Shown here piece by piece: positions 13,049 to 23,843 of a DNA stretch of 64,000 bases. Positions within the stretch are counted from its first letter, which is position 1. Each line of letters opens with the position of its first letter. This stretch comes from Anthoceros angustus (lineage: Eukaryota; Plantae; Anthocerotophyta), in the NCBI GenBank assembly GCA_010909165.1, contig MU008154.1:795478-859477 (forward strand), read 5' to 3'. The position numbers and the translations under genes are program-made. The notes beneath the pieces are model-generated. The model saw only the letters and a program-made list of their open reading frames with translations, had not been told where the DNA came from and did not search any database.

Positions 13049-13561
13049 GCAAAATTCTTGACTTGGGATGGTTGTCCTCTGCACACCACCGGTGAAGCAT
13101 CACAAGGTGCTCGCAAAAATGCTTGGGATCATCGTCATTGAATCGAGACATCAACAATCCGCCTCAATGACGGATTGTTGGACTTTAGCCTACACACCGC
13201 CGATCTTAATTCTGGCCCGAATTCCGGCCGTGATCACACCGCACATGTCGGAGATCTTCGCCGAGCCGTAATTGCGGCCGTATTACGCTTGTATGGTCCA
13301 CATAACCACGACACCATCCTATTTCCATACCCATGCCACTCATCATGCCACCACACACACATAGCACACGCATCACACTCGATTCTTATCTACCTCTTTC
13401 TACCATCTGCGCAGCTGTCGCGCCACGCGCATAGCGGACATGGCGGCATGCCATCCTATCAAAATCCACAAAACAAAAAGTCTTTAACTTGCTATCAACT
13501 CATAACCTTGGGCCACATGCGTCATCACCACCTCCGTCTCACTGCGTTTACAAATGGCACA
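13049..13561 (-). repeat. Near-complete LTR of the DNMT-PHD element
   Basis: 13049-13418 repeats at 21533-21913 and ~13424-13559 repeats at 12920-13051; ends GCACA at 13557-13561. Confidence 0.85.
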
Positions 13562-13869
13562 AGTTGGGCTTTCTCTATGGCGGGCGTTGTTGTAAAGCAC
13601 CACTTTGGCACTCTCAAATGCCGTAGAATCGTCGGTAAAACCTTGAACATGCCATCCCTTAGTTGTGGTTCCGGCGGTTTATCGTGATCCATTCTCCTGT
13701 GGCTAATCGCACGCGTCGCTCTTCCGGATCGAAATACTCATCAACTTGTGCTTTGCCCAAGTGCCGTTCTTTCGCTCGATGCCGCGCCATGAGTTCTTCT
13801 TCTTCATCGCTATCTAGTTCTCTTCCCTAGGCGGTTGCCACCCATTCAAACCATTTACATAATCGTTTT

Positions 13870-14403
13870 TCACTGCCCTCGGATAATCACCCACATTGTC
13901 GTTCGGAATACCAAGATTCCGGTGGCTTCATCCCATTCCAACACTCCGTGCGTAAGCAACAACACCTGTAAGCTCTGGTACGGGTGGCGAACGTCGCCTT
14001 TTCTCTGCAAGTGACTTAGCCAAACTTTCGGACTTCGTAGGTCACCTGGTTTTTCCTTGTGCAGCATTAAGAACCCTTGAGGTGGGCTGATCAAACACGA
14101 TGCATGAGCGGTGATGTTCCGGTTCGAAAGGCCCTTCACGATCGTCCACACGAAGCTTTGCCTGTTCATGCCCCTTCCTGCCAGCTCAAAAAGATCTCTA
14201 TGATCATAAGGAAAACTCTCTATGTTGCAGCCCTCATGGTGTGATTCCATATACAGCAAAAATGCTTGCAACTCCAGAAATGTATCGGGTCGTTCGGGTT
14301 TACCAGGCTGATACTTCCTTACCAACGGTGTTTTCCACTTGTCTTCCCATGGCCTGTCTGGAAATTGCGGAACACTTGTGCTCATTCTCCGCATGATTTG
14401 CAA
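13870..14403 (-). CDS. Accessory ORF downstream of pol, weak resemblance to Transposase_32-like plant retrotransposon extra domain
   Basis: 177-aa open frame in element sense; TFLELQAFL...FVWTIVKGL...HPYQSLQVLLLTHGV. The family assignment is by eye only. Confidence 0.45.
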   Translation of the reverse strand: MQIMRRMSTSVPQFPDRPWEDKWKTPLVRKYQPGKPERPDTFLELQAFLLYMESHHEGCNIESFPYDHRDLFELAGRGMNRQSFVWTIVKGLSNRNITAHASCLISPPQGFLMLHKEKPGDLRSPKVWLSHLQRKGDVRHPYQSLQVLLLTHGVLEWDEATGILVFRTTMWVIIRGQ

Positions 14404-15222
14404 GTGTGGTCTTCCATATCCATGTCAACCACATGTTGTCCCCAGAACCCCTCTCTGATGCTCTCAGAACTTGGAAAACGGGTGTTGTTAGTGTTGGTCA
14501 AACAACCATATGAACTGGTTGATTCCTGGAAGGCTACTTATGTTTGCAACTGGCCTTGCAAAGCGAGTGTCTTGCTTGTTAGTCAACACGCTCGATTACC
14601 GGAATGTCACTTGGTCTTACACGTATCGCCATCACTTGCCGTCTACATAACAAACATGCCATGCACCCTCGCTCGTGCTCACATCCGGATACTTGCCATG
14701 CCACACCTTGGCTTCTTCACCCCAATTCTTGGTGATCACCTTTTTCACTTGAGCTCTTATCCCTATCTACAGCAACTACATGCCTTGTCCTCGATTACTC
14801 GGTGGTCGGCCACGATGTTCCATCGCCTTTCCTTCACCGCAACAACTCGTTGTTCCGATCGCCGCCTTCCCTTGCTTCTCGCACCCACCGGCGGTCGCAC
14901 AATTAGCTTTCTCTCCACATGCACCGATGCCGTTCACCTTCTCGCTTCTGCAGATCGATGCACTCACACCATGTTTCTCAGATTGTCGCCTTCTCCAATG
15001 GATCGCTGAATCCTCCGGTCTATTGTAGAATCCTCCTTCGTGCCCGCCAATCCTCCGTCCACACCTTTACTTCCCGCCAACCCCCCACGTCTCACACAAC
15101 CCGCGCATATCGATAAGGCAAGTAACGGGTTTCTGGACCTTCCCTTTAGTGACTCTCTTCCCGCACGCCCACACCGTGAGTGCTTTTGGCCCCTGACTCT
15201 TTCCGCCTAACTTTTCCGTCGT

Positions 15223-15357
15223 GCATTTGTGACAAAACCATTCTCCTTCCGGGATCGCTTTCAACGGCGGTCGAAGACAAAAGACATGATGTCCTTGGTT
15301 GCACTGGTCACACAACAGCATCAGTTCTGGGTCAGTGATTTGACCACAGTGTTCGCA
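15223..15357 (-). CDS. PHD finger at the integrase C-terminus
   Basis: CEHCGQITDPELMLLCDQCNQGHHVFCLRPPLKAIPEGEWFCHKC: complete Cys4-His-Cys3 with the conserved Trp. Confidence 0.97.
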
Positions 15358-15359
15358 CG

Positions 15360-16650
15360 GCAGATCAACAGGTGGCTTCCATGCTTGTGGTTGTATGCGC
15401 GTATCAAGATTCGGCAAGTGGCAAGGGGCCAGATGTCGCATGTGCTCCTTGCATCGGCGCCCATCTTGCCCTTCCAACTCGATGACCCCTTGCTCACCAA
15501 CGTTCACCACTCTCAAAATCAACCGTCCCGTGTTTACGTCCAAAGTGCGGAAGGGCGGTGTTGAAGATACGAAATCACCCACCGAACTTTTCCGGCCTTT
15601 GGCTTCCATGACCTCCTCGTGTGAATGCATACCACCTTGATCTCGTCATGCGATGGCGGATTGTCCATCGCCATGGGTATCACTCGTTGTAACAACTTGG
15701 CCCGGTTTCGTAACTCGAGCAACACTCATCCACATCTTGTGTCCATCCACGGTTTGGAATATGTTCGCCACTATGTTGGGCAGCACAAGATTCACCAAAC
15801 ATGATAAGTGGCGTTGCCGGGCTGCACAGCCTGCGATCCGTAGCCCGGGCAAGCGTGGTAGCAACTCATCCCAACAATTAGGCTCGATTTCCGTGCGGTG
15901 AAGTGAATCCTTGAAAGTTTGCACCCTTTCGCTAAACCATCGCACGAGGATGATCCGTGGCGTGCGTGATCTATCAAACTCCGATCCAACAACGCTTGGA
16001 ACTCTCCTCAATTCGTTTCCTTGATCAGCCTCGCACGGCTTCCATATCTGCTCAAACGCGCCGAAAGCTCGTCTTTGTGAATTGGGAAGTTCTGGAAGGA
16101 ATGCCAATTCCACCCACTTGGAGAAGTGTTCTATCATGAGCATACAATGCTTGTTGCCTTGCTTGGTCAATGGTAGCTCGGCATGAGGTCACGGACCATC
16201 GAAAGAAACACCCGAATAGGCGGCGAATGCAACACCACATCTGTTGAACCTTGCTTTAACTGCATCACAAGCAGCACATCTCGCCACCACTCGCTCGACG
16301 TCGGAATACATTCCAGACCAAAAATATGCACTCTTCAGCATGTGATGCGTCCTTTTCACACCGAAGTGCCCAAGTGTCTTGTGCACTTTACTCACTATCT
16401 GTTCCCGTTCCTCTATGGGAGGGACCATTTTACACACTCCACGATCTGTCACTAATAACTTGCCATCCCTCCATGTGTACCTCATGACTTTCCGTCGTAG
16501 CTTTTGAATGGCTGCGGCATCTAGTCCAACTACCTGTCCTTCCTTCAATAGCTGAATAGCATGCCCATACTTCCATATGTCTCGTCCTCCCTCATTGAGT
16601 TGTTTTCTTCCTTCGACTTGTGGCCATGAGAGCCATATACTTGGCATGTA
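15360..16650 (-). pseudogene. Integrase (HHCC finger, DDE core), frameshifted
   Basis: VHKTLGHFGVKRT...YFWSGMYSDVERVVARCAAC; MIEHFSKWVE; DQGNE; ERVQTFKDSL. Confidence 0.92.
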
Positions 16651-16749
16651 ACGAGCATGATCAAAATCACCCGCGCGCTCCCATCTTTGTCATCAAAATC
16701 GGGTTCTAAGTCCATCCGCATTGTGATGTACTTTGCGCCACTATGTGCA

Positions 16750-17900
16750 TATCATATTCGGCGGCAACGCCCACCTTGCGAGCTTGCCACTCAACTTCAT
16801 GTTCGTCATTAACCGATTACAGCGGCTGGTGATCGATTCGAGTTGGAAGCTCCCGAACAAATAAATTTAAATGTAGAACGCCCACCGCCAAACATTCACC
16901 CTCATACGACGAATAATTGGCTTCCAGCGAATTGTTCGACTACTGCATCGCAATCACTCTTTCTTTTCCTTCCCGATCCACATGCAAATCTCCGATTCAG
17001 TTGCACTCGGTCGGTATCTGAGTGAGCGGTTTTTCAAAATCGGGCCGTTTGAGCATGGGCCTTCGACGATTGATCCTTTAACTCCACCGCCAAGCATGTT
17101 CATGTTTTTGCTCCCATCTGTGCCCCCATCGGATCATACAATACCTTGCAAGTCTGCTCATGTTCACGATGAATCGGCGATAATAGTTGACAAGTCCCAA
17201 GAATGCTCTCAACGCGGCTCGTCCCTTGGTCTTGGCATAAGATTGACCTGCACCGCCCGCGTGCGGCGGCCGCCTCGCACAATCTTGTGGCCCAAATATT
17301 CTATCTCCTTGTAAGCAAACTTACACTTCTTTGGATGTGCCTTGACCCAGGCGGGCGATCTGCAGCAACGTTTTGAGGTCTGAATGTGTTCCTCAGGTTG
17401 CTAAACACCAATGTCATCAATGTAACACCTCACGAATGGTAATCCTTGCAACTCCAAGTCGCCACCCTCACAGTAGATGGGCGTTTTCAAAAAGGCATCG
17501 TCTCCCATTCCCACAACTGTTCTTTTGCCCCCCCGTTTTACACTTGTCTTCTTCTTGATGACAATTTGATTGAATCGAGGAATCAACGTCGTCTACTTGG
17601 CTTCGCCAATCGTCAAAGATTTCATCTGGGTAGGCATGGGATATCGCTCCATAGGCGTTACCTCATTCGGAGCGATAATCTCCACACATCCGCTTTGTCC
17701 TTCCATTCGCCGTTTCGTCTTTCTTTAGCGGAAGGACCGTAGCCATCTTGTGAACTTGATTTCAATTAATCCCTGCGGCAAGTTCCCTACACGTTTATCC
17801 ACAATGTCCCACTCTGGGCTCAACTTGTGCCGTCTTAAAACCGGCTCATTGGTAGTAGTGATGATTTTGAACTTGATGCGCTCATAACGTCCAGCTCTTG
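16750..17900 (-). pseudogene. Reverse transcriptase and RNase H, frameshifted
   Basis: PFVRCYIDDI (~17415), HPKKCKFAYKEIEYLGH (~17290-17340), TDRVQLNR and DHQPL...KLSGKLARW-like RNase H segments. Confidence 0.88.
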
Positions 17901-18139
17901 CCGGTGAGCGAAGGTACCCGATTCTTCTCCGGCATCTCCGGATCCTGCATTGATCCTCGATATTCAAGTCCTCACATATTTGCCATACATGAGTTGAATG
18001 CCCACTCGTGCTTTCCACTGCGGCGATACTTCTTGCACTATTCGCATTTGGGTACGTGGTGTAAACTCTTCCCGTCACCCATCATCTGTACGACCTTCTT
18101 CTCTCGACTTGCATTGGTGGCTATTCCACACTCACCAAC

Positions 18140-18985
18140 CATTGCACACAGTCGTCAAATGCTTGTCCCAGCGGTTTGCATAGCTTGACACACCTCGCGT
18201 ATAGGTGCTGCCATCGTCAAAACCCATCGCTCGTTCCCGCTCTACAATCGTGGGTTCCCCATCTCCTCACCATTCATGTTCAATACCATGCACCACCTCG
18301 GCGAAAGGCATATGGTGCGTCTTGACGATGTGGCCAAGCTCTCTGGGCTCTCCACAATATTGACAGGATAGTGTGGCAACCTATCCATCCTGCTCACACT
18401 GCGATCGCTTTGCCCTCCTCAAGGATCCCATCCAGTTCCGCTTAGTTGGTGTGGTTAAACGATCTTTGAGTGTTTCCACACTTGCAATGTTCGTCGTGCG
18501 GAGGCGATGAGCATCGACCACTGTTTGCGCGTCAATGATGAACTCCTCGCCCAGCCAGCTCCTGACCTTTTCATAATTTTCTCTCACATGACCCCGTTTG
18601 TCAAAGCTCGCAAACATTCTCCAAGTACCAACATGCCGGATTGCATCGCTGCACTTCTCTCGAATCCGTATCACTTCCCCGCTGCACTCCGTTGCCTTGA
18701 CCACGTCCGGCCTTGGAAAAGGTCTTGCACTCCCATCCCGCAATCGCATGTCAACCGGGCATCTCATTGCACAGAGGGCTTTTCCCACCAGCATCACATC
18801 GTGGCGGTTTGTCCGCACCCTCTTGGCTTCCACACTCGGCAAGCTCGGATGCATTTTTGTAGATAATCCACGGATTTGGCCCTTTGAGTCTTCTCATCAA
18901 TTTCTACACGTATACTTCCAGAATCCCACATCGCACACACTCCACCACTACTAATCCAACACAACTCCATGAGATGGATGCCTGT
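18140..18985 (-). pseudogene. C5 cytosine DNA methyltransferase domain inside pol, frameshifted
   Basis: Motifs in canonical order: I GIHLMELC..ISSG (~18982-18940), II VEIDE (~18895), IV VDM.IAGWECKTFSKAGRGQG (18693-18756), VI YLENV (18613-18627), VIII IIDAQ...AHRLR..TNI (18485-18540), IX EP.IVERERAMGF (18220-18258), X LGQAFD (18154-18171). Confidence 0.85.
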
Positions 18986-19399
18986 TCATTCGCCACCGAA
19001 TCACTTGGTTATCGATTTGTAACCCCAGTTTCCTATGATTTTCATTGTGGCGAGCTTCTTCCGGACAATTGCGGTGATTCGCCATATTTGCATCCGGCTG
19101 TCGAATCGCTCTCTTTCCAAAGCCTCTTCCTCCGGGTGGGGAGTACGACTCACGCGCATCATTCGATGTCGTGCTTTCTTCGACACCTCGTGTCGTGCAG
19201 TCTTGTCTCTTCCCACACCTCCCTCGGTGAACACTCTCGGTGTGCACGTGGCCAGATACTTCTTGATCTTTCACCATGCCTCCTCATGTCCGGAGGAATT
19301 CGCGACATGTGAAATCTCCATCCCGCCACTTTGGCCTATAAAATGCCACGCAGTGCGTGGATCCACCCCATTCTTTGGCCCGTCGTAGCATCACACAAT

Positions 19400-19650
19400 A
19401 ACACATCATAGTTTCGTGCATCGAAACCAAACAATGTACTTCCACCACACGCATCTGTTCCTTATACTCTATCCGAATCGGATCGCGAGTCATCCCCATC
19501 ACTGTTCTTTGGTGCCTGCGGATGTGGTGATCCATACCTCCGGCTTGTCTCCATACGATTCGTGCTTCTTGCACCGTGCCCCAAGCAACACGGATCGGCA
19601 CCGGTGTCTACTAACACACACTCCGGTGCAAAGCCATTGGCGGTGACTTC
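19400..19650 (-). pseudogene. Retropepsin aspartic protease
   Basis: CVLVDTGA, with the DTG codons at 19600-19608. Confidence 0.85.
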
Positions 19651-19949
19651 TGTTCGCGATTCTTCACTAACGCTATTCCACCTTTCCCCTAGCGGCTTTA
19701 GGTGATCACCACGTGGTGACAAGCCGGACACCATGTTCAACTCGGTGGCTTCCTTCTTAATCCATGCCCGCATTGCTTGAGCGGTTGTGTCCAATCCCGT
19801 CCCAAACTTACCGGTACATCCATGGCTTTTTGAATCTGTAGGAACAACCTCATCACGATGTGTGGCGTCGTCCTCGTCTGGATCTGCACGAATGACTTGG
19901 GCATTCTCAAGCGATTCTATCCCCATCGGTTCACTTTTACACCCTTGCG

Positions 19950-21450
19950 AAATCAATGCTTCCCACTTTGGTGCCTTGACCTTTCCGTCATCAACGCAAA
20001 CACATCTTCGTCAGTCATAGGTTTCGCCGGCATGAGTCCTTGTTTATGCTCACGCTCATAGCCACGCTCTTGCAGCCCTCTGTCCGAGTGTAGCTCGGAT
20101 TCTGCTTGTCCATTGCTCGGTCTCCTAGGCCCTTGGGTTTGAGTTCGGGATGGGCTTGCCGACAAGCGGCTTCCGTATGTCCGGTTTTACCACATGCCCA
20201 CGCCTCTTCTCCTTTGACCCACCAACACGATGCTCACATTCATACGCCTTGTATGCGGCCTTGCACCGCAAACACTTTATGGATGTCTTGAAGCTTACGC
20301 TATGAGCCACTTGATCCTTTGATGGCGGCTCTGCGTTGGCGTTCACACATGCTCGCGATAATGTGACTTCCAGTGCCGAATGTTCAAGTCTTTGGTGTGA
20401 CCTCACGATCACATTGTGCTCCTCCCGATGGCATTGGTGTGACATCTCCTTCATAACTCTTTCGGCCATCTCGTGCTCCAACTCATAATCGCCCATGTAG
20501 CATATGCGAGAAAGTTGGCGATCACCCTCCTCTGTCTTCTGGCGTGCGGCAATGTATATGTTGCCTCCTCATGGTCTTCACCTTGGTGTCTTTCACCAGC
20601 CTCAACCGTAGATGTCGATCTTAGAGGCTCATTGCTTGATCACAAACTTTGACAACTCTTGGATTTTCTCAATGGAAGATCTGGGAACATCTCACCAAAC
20701 TTGGCGAACATCTCCACCAAATAAGTGATGACCTCGGATTGCGATGAACCCGATGATCCCGGTTCTTCATCATCGACCTTGGAGCCTTTCCTTGCCCGCT
20801 TCATTCGGCGACATGTGTGCATCTGCGTATCTTTTCTTTGCGATCACGATAGCGGGTTAAAGCTTCACCGGCTAGAAAGCGTGCTCATCTTTAAAGTGCC
20901 ATCTCGGTGTGAACTCGGACTTGTATTTGAGCACCATCTCATCAATCGCCCATCCGAACTTCTCTTCAAAGTCAGCAAGAGACATACTACCGTGTCTACA
21001 GTGAACACATCATTTCTTTGGTGGTTCATAATCCATCCACCACGATTTTCTTCAAAGTCAATGGATCGATAGTGTGACTCACTCAAAGCGACCACTTGTC
21101 CTACGGACCGAAGGAAGGCATGCCCCGGGATTGTAAGCTTGGTTGTCGGTGTGCTTCGTTCGTCCACCGTGGCCTAACACCATCACTATCAATCCCTCCC
21201 CTGCGAGACTATGTAAGGCATTAGTCAAAGTTGGTGTCGATTCCTTCCAGCGTCGATCCGCCAACCATGCCGGCTTGTCAATCACCTCACTCCGAGGCGT
21301 TGCCAATCGCCGCTTCCGGCTCCACGGATCGGCCCACTCACGAATGGATCACACAGCAGCTGAATAATCCAAGGTGTTTTCTCGGATCTACCATGGACTT
21401 ATCTGTGTTCACCGGCTTGGGGTCACCGATTGACTTCCTCTTCTCCGTCT
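19950..21450 (-). pseudogene. gag with CCHC zinc knuckles, frameshifted
   Basis: WACGKTGHTEAAC (~20165-20200) and KCLRCK..YKAYEC (~20235-20280), upstream of the protease. Confidence 0.7.
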
Positions 21451-21518
21451 TCCGCTCGAATCTCGGGCCCTCTCTCGGACCCTTAGTCGCGTTGCTACCT
21501 TGTGTGGCTTCACCGCAT

Positions 21519-21532
21519 CGGATTGTTGATGT
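21519..21532 (-). promoter_or_regulatory. Self-complementary primer-binding site
   Basis: CGGATTGTTGATGT at the LTR boundary is the exact reverse complement of ACATCAACAATCCG at 21629-21642 inside the LTR; no tRNA-type TGG PBS present. Confidence 0.75.
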
Positions 21533-21913
21533 GCAAAATTCTTGACTTGGGATGGTTGTCCTCACACACACACCATGAAGCATCACAAGGTGCTCAAAAT
21601 GCTTGGGATCGTCATTCTATTGAATCGGACATCAACAATCCGTCTCAATGACGGATTGCCGGCTTAGCCTACACCGCCGATCTTAATTCTGGCCCGAATT
21701 CGCCGTGATCACACCCGCACATGTCGGAGATCTTGCCCGAGCCGTAATTGCGCTTGACCGTGCGCTTGTATGGTCCACATAACCACGACACCATCCTATT
21801 TCCATACCCATGCCACTCATCATGCCACCACACACATAGCACATACCGCACACCATCGCCACACCTCGTGATTCTTATCTACTCCTGCTTTGCGTTACTA
21901 ATCGCGAAGCGTC

Positions 21914-23843
21914 CACCGGTGTTATGCAAGCCCTTCCCTTCCGCTTGCCAAACACCCTTCTCGCGCTCCAACTCCCTGCGAGTTGCTTCCGGTCTTGTCT
22001 CCGGCTCAAGCGCTTCTCCTCCCAAAGTGTCTGGGGTCGCCCAGCAATTCTTCTTCCATGTCCGGATTTGATGGCTTGAGTAGCCATCACTTGCTCTGCC
22101 TCCACTTGCCGAGTCAGCTCTCTCTTCCTAGAGCCTCGCCTTGCTCTTCCTTCCTTTCTCTAGGTGGGCAAAGTGCTCCTCCGCCTTTTGCCTCCATGAG
22201 TCTCTTTGGGTGGTTGCCGGCTCTCTCTTTGAGCCAACCTTCCCTCCAAGACCTCCGCGCGCCGCTGATCCACAAGGTCGCGTTGGAGTTTCTCCACAGC
22301 CTTCTCCAACTTGGCTGCCTTCTCATCGGACTCCATGGCCTCCAATTGCCATTTGGTCCCTGCTCTCCTCTCCGTCATCTTTTGGGCCTTATTCGCCCAG
22401 ACTTCCTCTTGGCACGCCCATAAGGAGGCTGCTAGTTCCCTAGCCCCCTTCAAATCCACATGGCTGAGTGCTTCACAAGCACTCAGCAAGTCTCCTAGGG
22501 GCCCAAATCCGCCCCGGCTGCCTCTTGCTGGAAATCTCCAGCTCCCTCGCTGTGGCATCAGGTGGTGGTCCCCTCACCGCCCGCCCATCCGCTCTTCCCT
22601 AGCGGGTGAAGGCCTGGCGCCCGCCCAGGGCCTCTCCTTCCCTTCCCTACAGGCCGCTGCACCGCGAGGCAACTGGGGTGCACCCATCATGCGGGTCTCG
22701 CACCTACGTGGTGGTAGCCCACCACCTGTAGTCCGCCACCCACCAGGCCGGTGCCTCTTCCCTAGGCACCCACGAAATGGTGGGGACTCCTCCCACCCTT
22801 GGGGCTGTCACCCCTACCGTGGTAGTCCTCCTCTCATAGACTACCACTTGGCCCTCCTTGGCCGGATCTTGCTCTTCTCCTCCTCCTTGCTCTTGTGGGG
22901 GAAAGGCCTCCCACTCCGGCAACCTTGTTGCCTCCACTTCCTCCGCCCTCGGTCCTGGTGTGCTTGTGGAGGTCGGCCCTCCCATGGTCTTCCTCAAAGC
23001 GAAAGGCAAGGGCCTCTCCAAACTTGGCTGGAGGTGGATTATTTCCGAAGGATGCCAAGCATCCTCCAACTCCTTGCGGTGAGGAGCCCCTCGGTTTCCC
23101 ACAAGTGCACCAAGTAGGTGCTAAGATAACAGGGCCTTGGCCCTTCCTCATCCACCGAATTTGGCCTAAGGAGCTTCTCCCTGTGATGTATGTAGGCCTC
23201 ATACATAATCGTCCCCCAATCCGGCTTAGCTCCTCGCGAAATCTTCCACAAGAACTGGAGGAAGTTGGTGCTGAAATAAGACGTCCGTTGGTAATTCACC
23301 AACCCCAACACAATCTTATAAAGAGCCTCCACTTGACTCCTTGATGCCATCCTCTTCCTCCATTCTTGGCGTGGGCCTTCACTCCTCCGTCCATCATATC
23401 CAGGACCTCCTGCGGAATTTCTGTGAGGGAAATCCTCTTCCCTCCATTCGTCCTCTCGAGGAGAGCAATTCCTGAGCTCTCCTCCTCCGGTCTCCCATAC
23501 ACTGTCGAATGCTCCGGACCGTCCAGCAGCGGGGATCAGTCCGGGCATTCCTCTCCGGTAATGCGGCAAGAGCTGCCTCCGATTGATGGAGATTGATGTA
23601 GCACTCCTCGATCAATTCCAAATTGGTGTAGGCCCATTGGCGGCCATACACCCATCCTAATTGGATGTTTTCCTCCTCCGCCCATTGCCTAAAATCTACC
23701 AAACTGGATTGAGCTGCCCGCAGCACGTAATTGGGGCATCTGACCTCACCCCTCGGCGGTGGCACCTCACGCCTTTCTTTCCTTTCCCTCCTCGGAGGAG
23801 CCCTTGGCGCGGTTCCTTCCTTGCCTTTCCCTGCTCGAGGCAT
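21914..23843 (-). pseudogene. Family-1 accessory ORF: Transposase_32-like domain, low-complexity linker, coiled coil
   Basis: QWAYTNLELIEECYINL; FLQFLWKISRGAKPDWGTIMYE...CYLSTYLVHLW; coiled-coil-like EKAAKLEKAVEKLQRDL..EVLEGRL. Confidence 0.7.

Larger units (their letters stand above)
12920..21913 (-). mobile_element. Ty3/gypsy LTR retrotransposon: gag-PR-DNMT-RT-RNaseH-INT-PHD plus accessory ORF; circularly permuted LTR arrangement
   Basis: Domain motifs listed in the sub-features. ~510-bp LTR with TGTGC...GCACA termini present as part (12920-13051), whole (13049-13561) and complementary part (21530-21913). Confidence 0.9.

Noticed and set aside
14266-15009. 247-aa plus-strand ORF, and similar long shadow ORFs (22311-23117, 30853-31569, 32185-32934, 10828-11526)
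   Set aside because: No recognisable motifs; antisense to TE coding sequence or produced by GC-rich or low-complexity composition.
13562-15060. Tyrosine recombinase that would explain the split repeats (DIRS/Ngaro element)
   Set aside because: No R-K-HxxR-Y pattern found by eye, and the element has a clear DDE integrase and protease.
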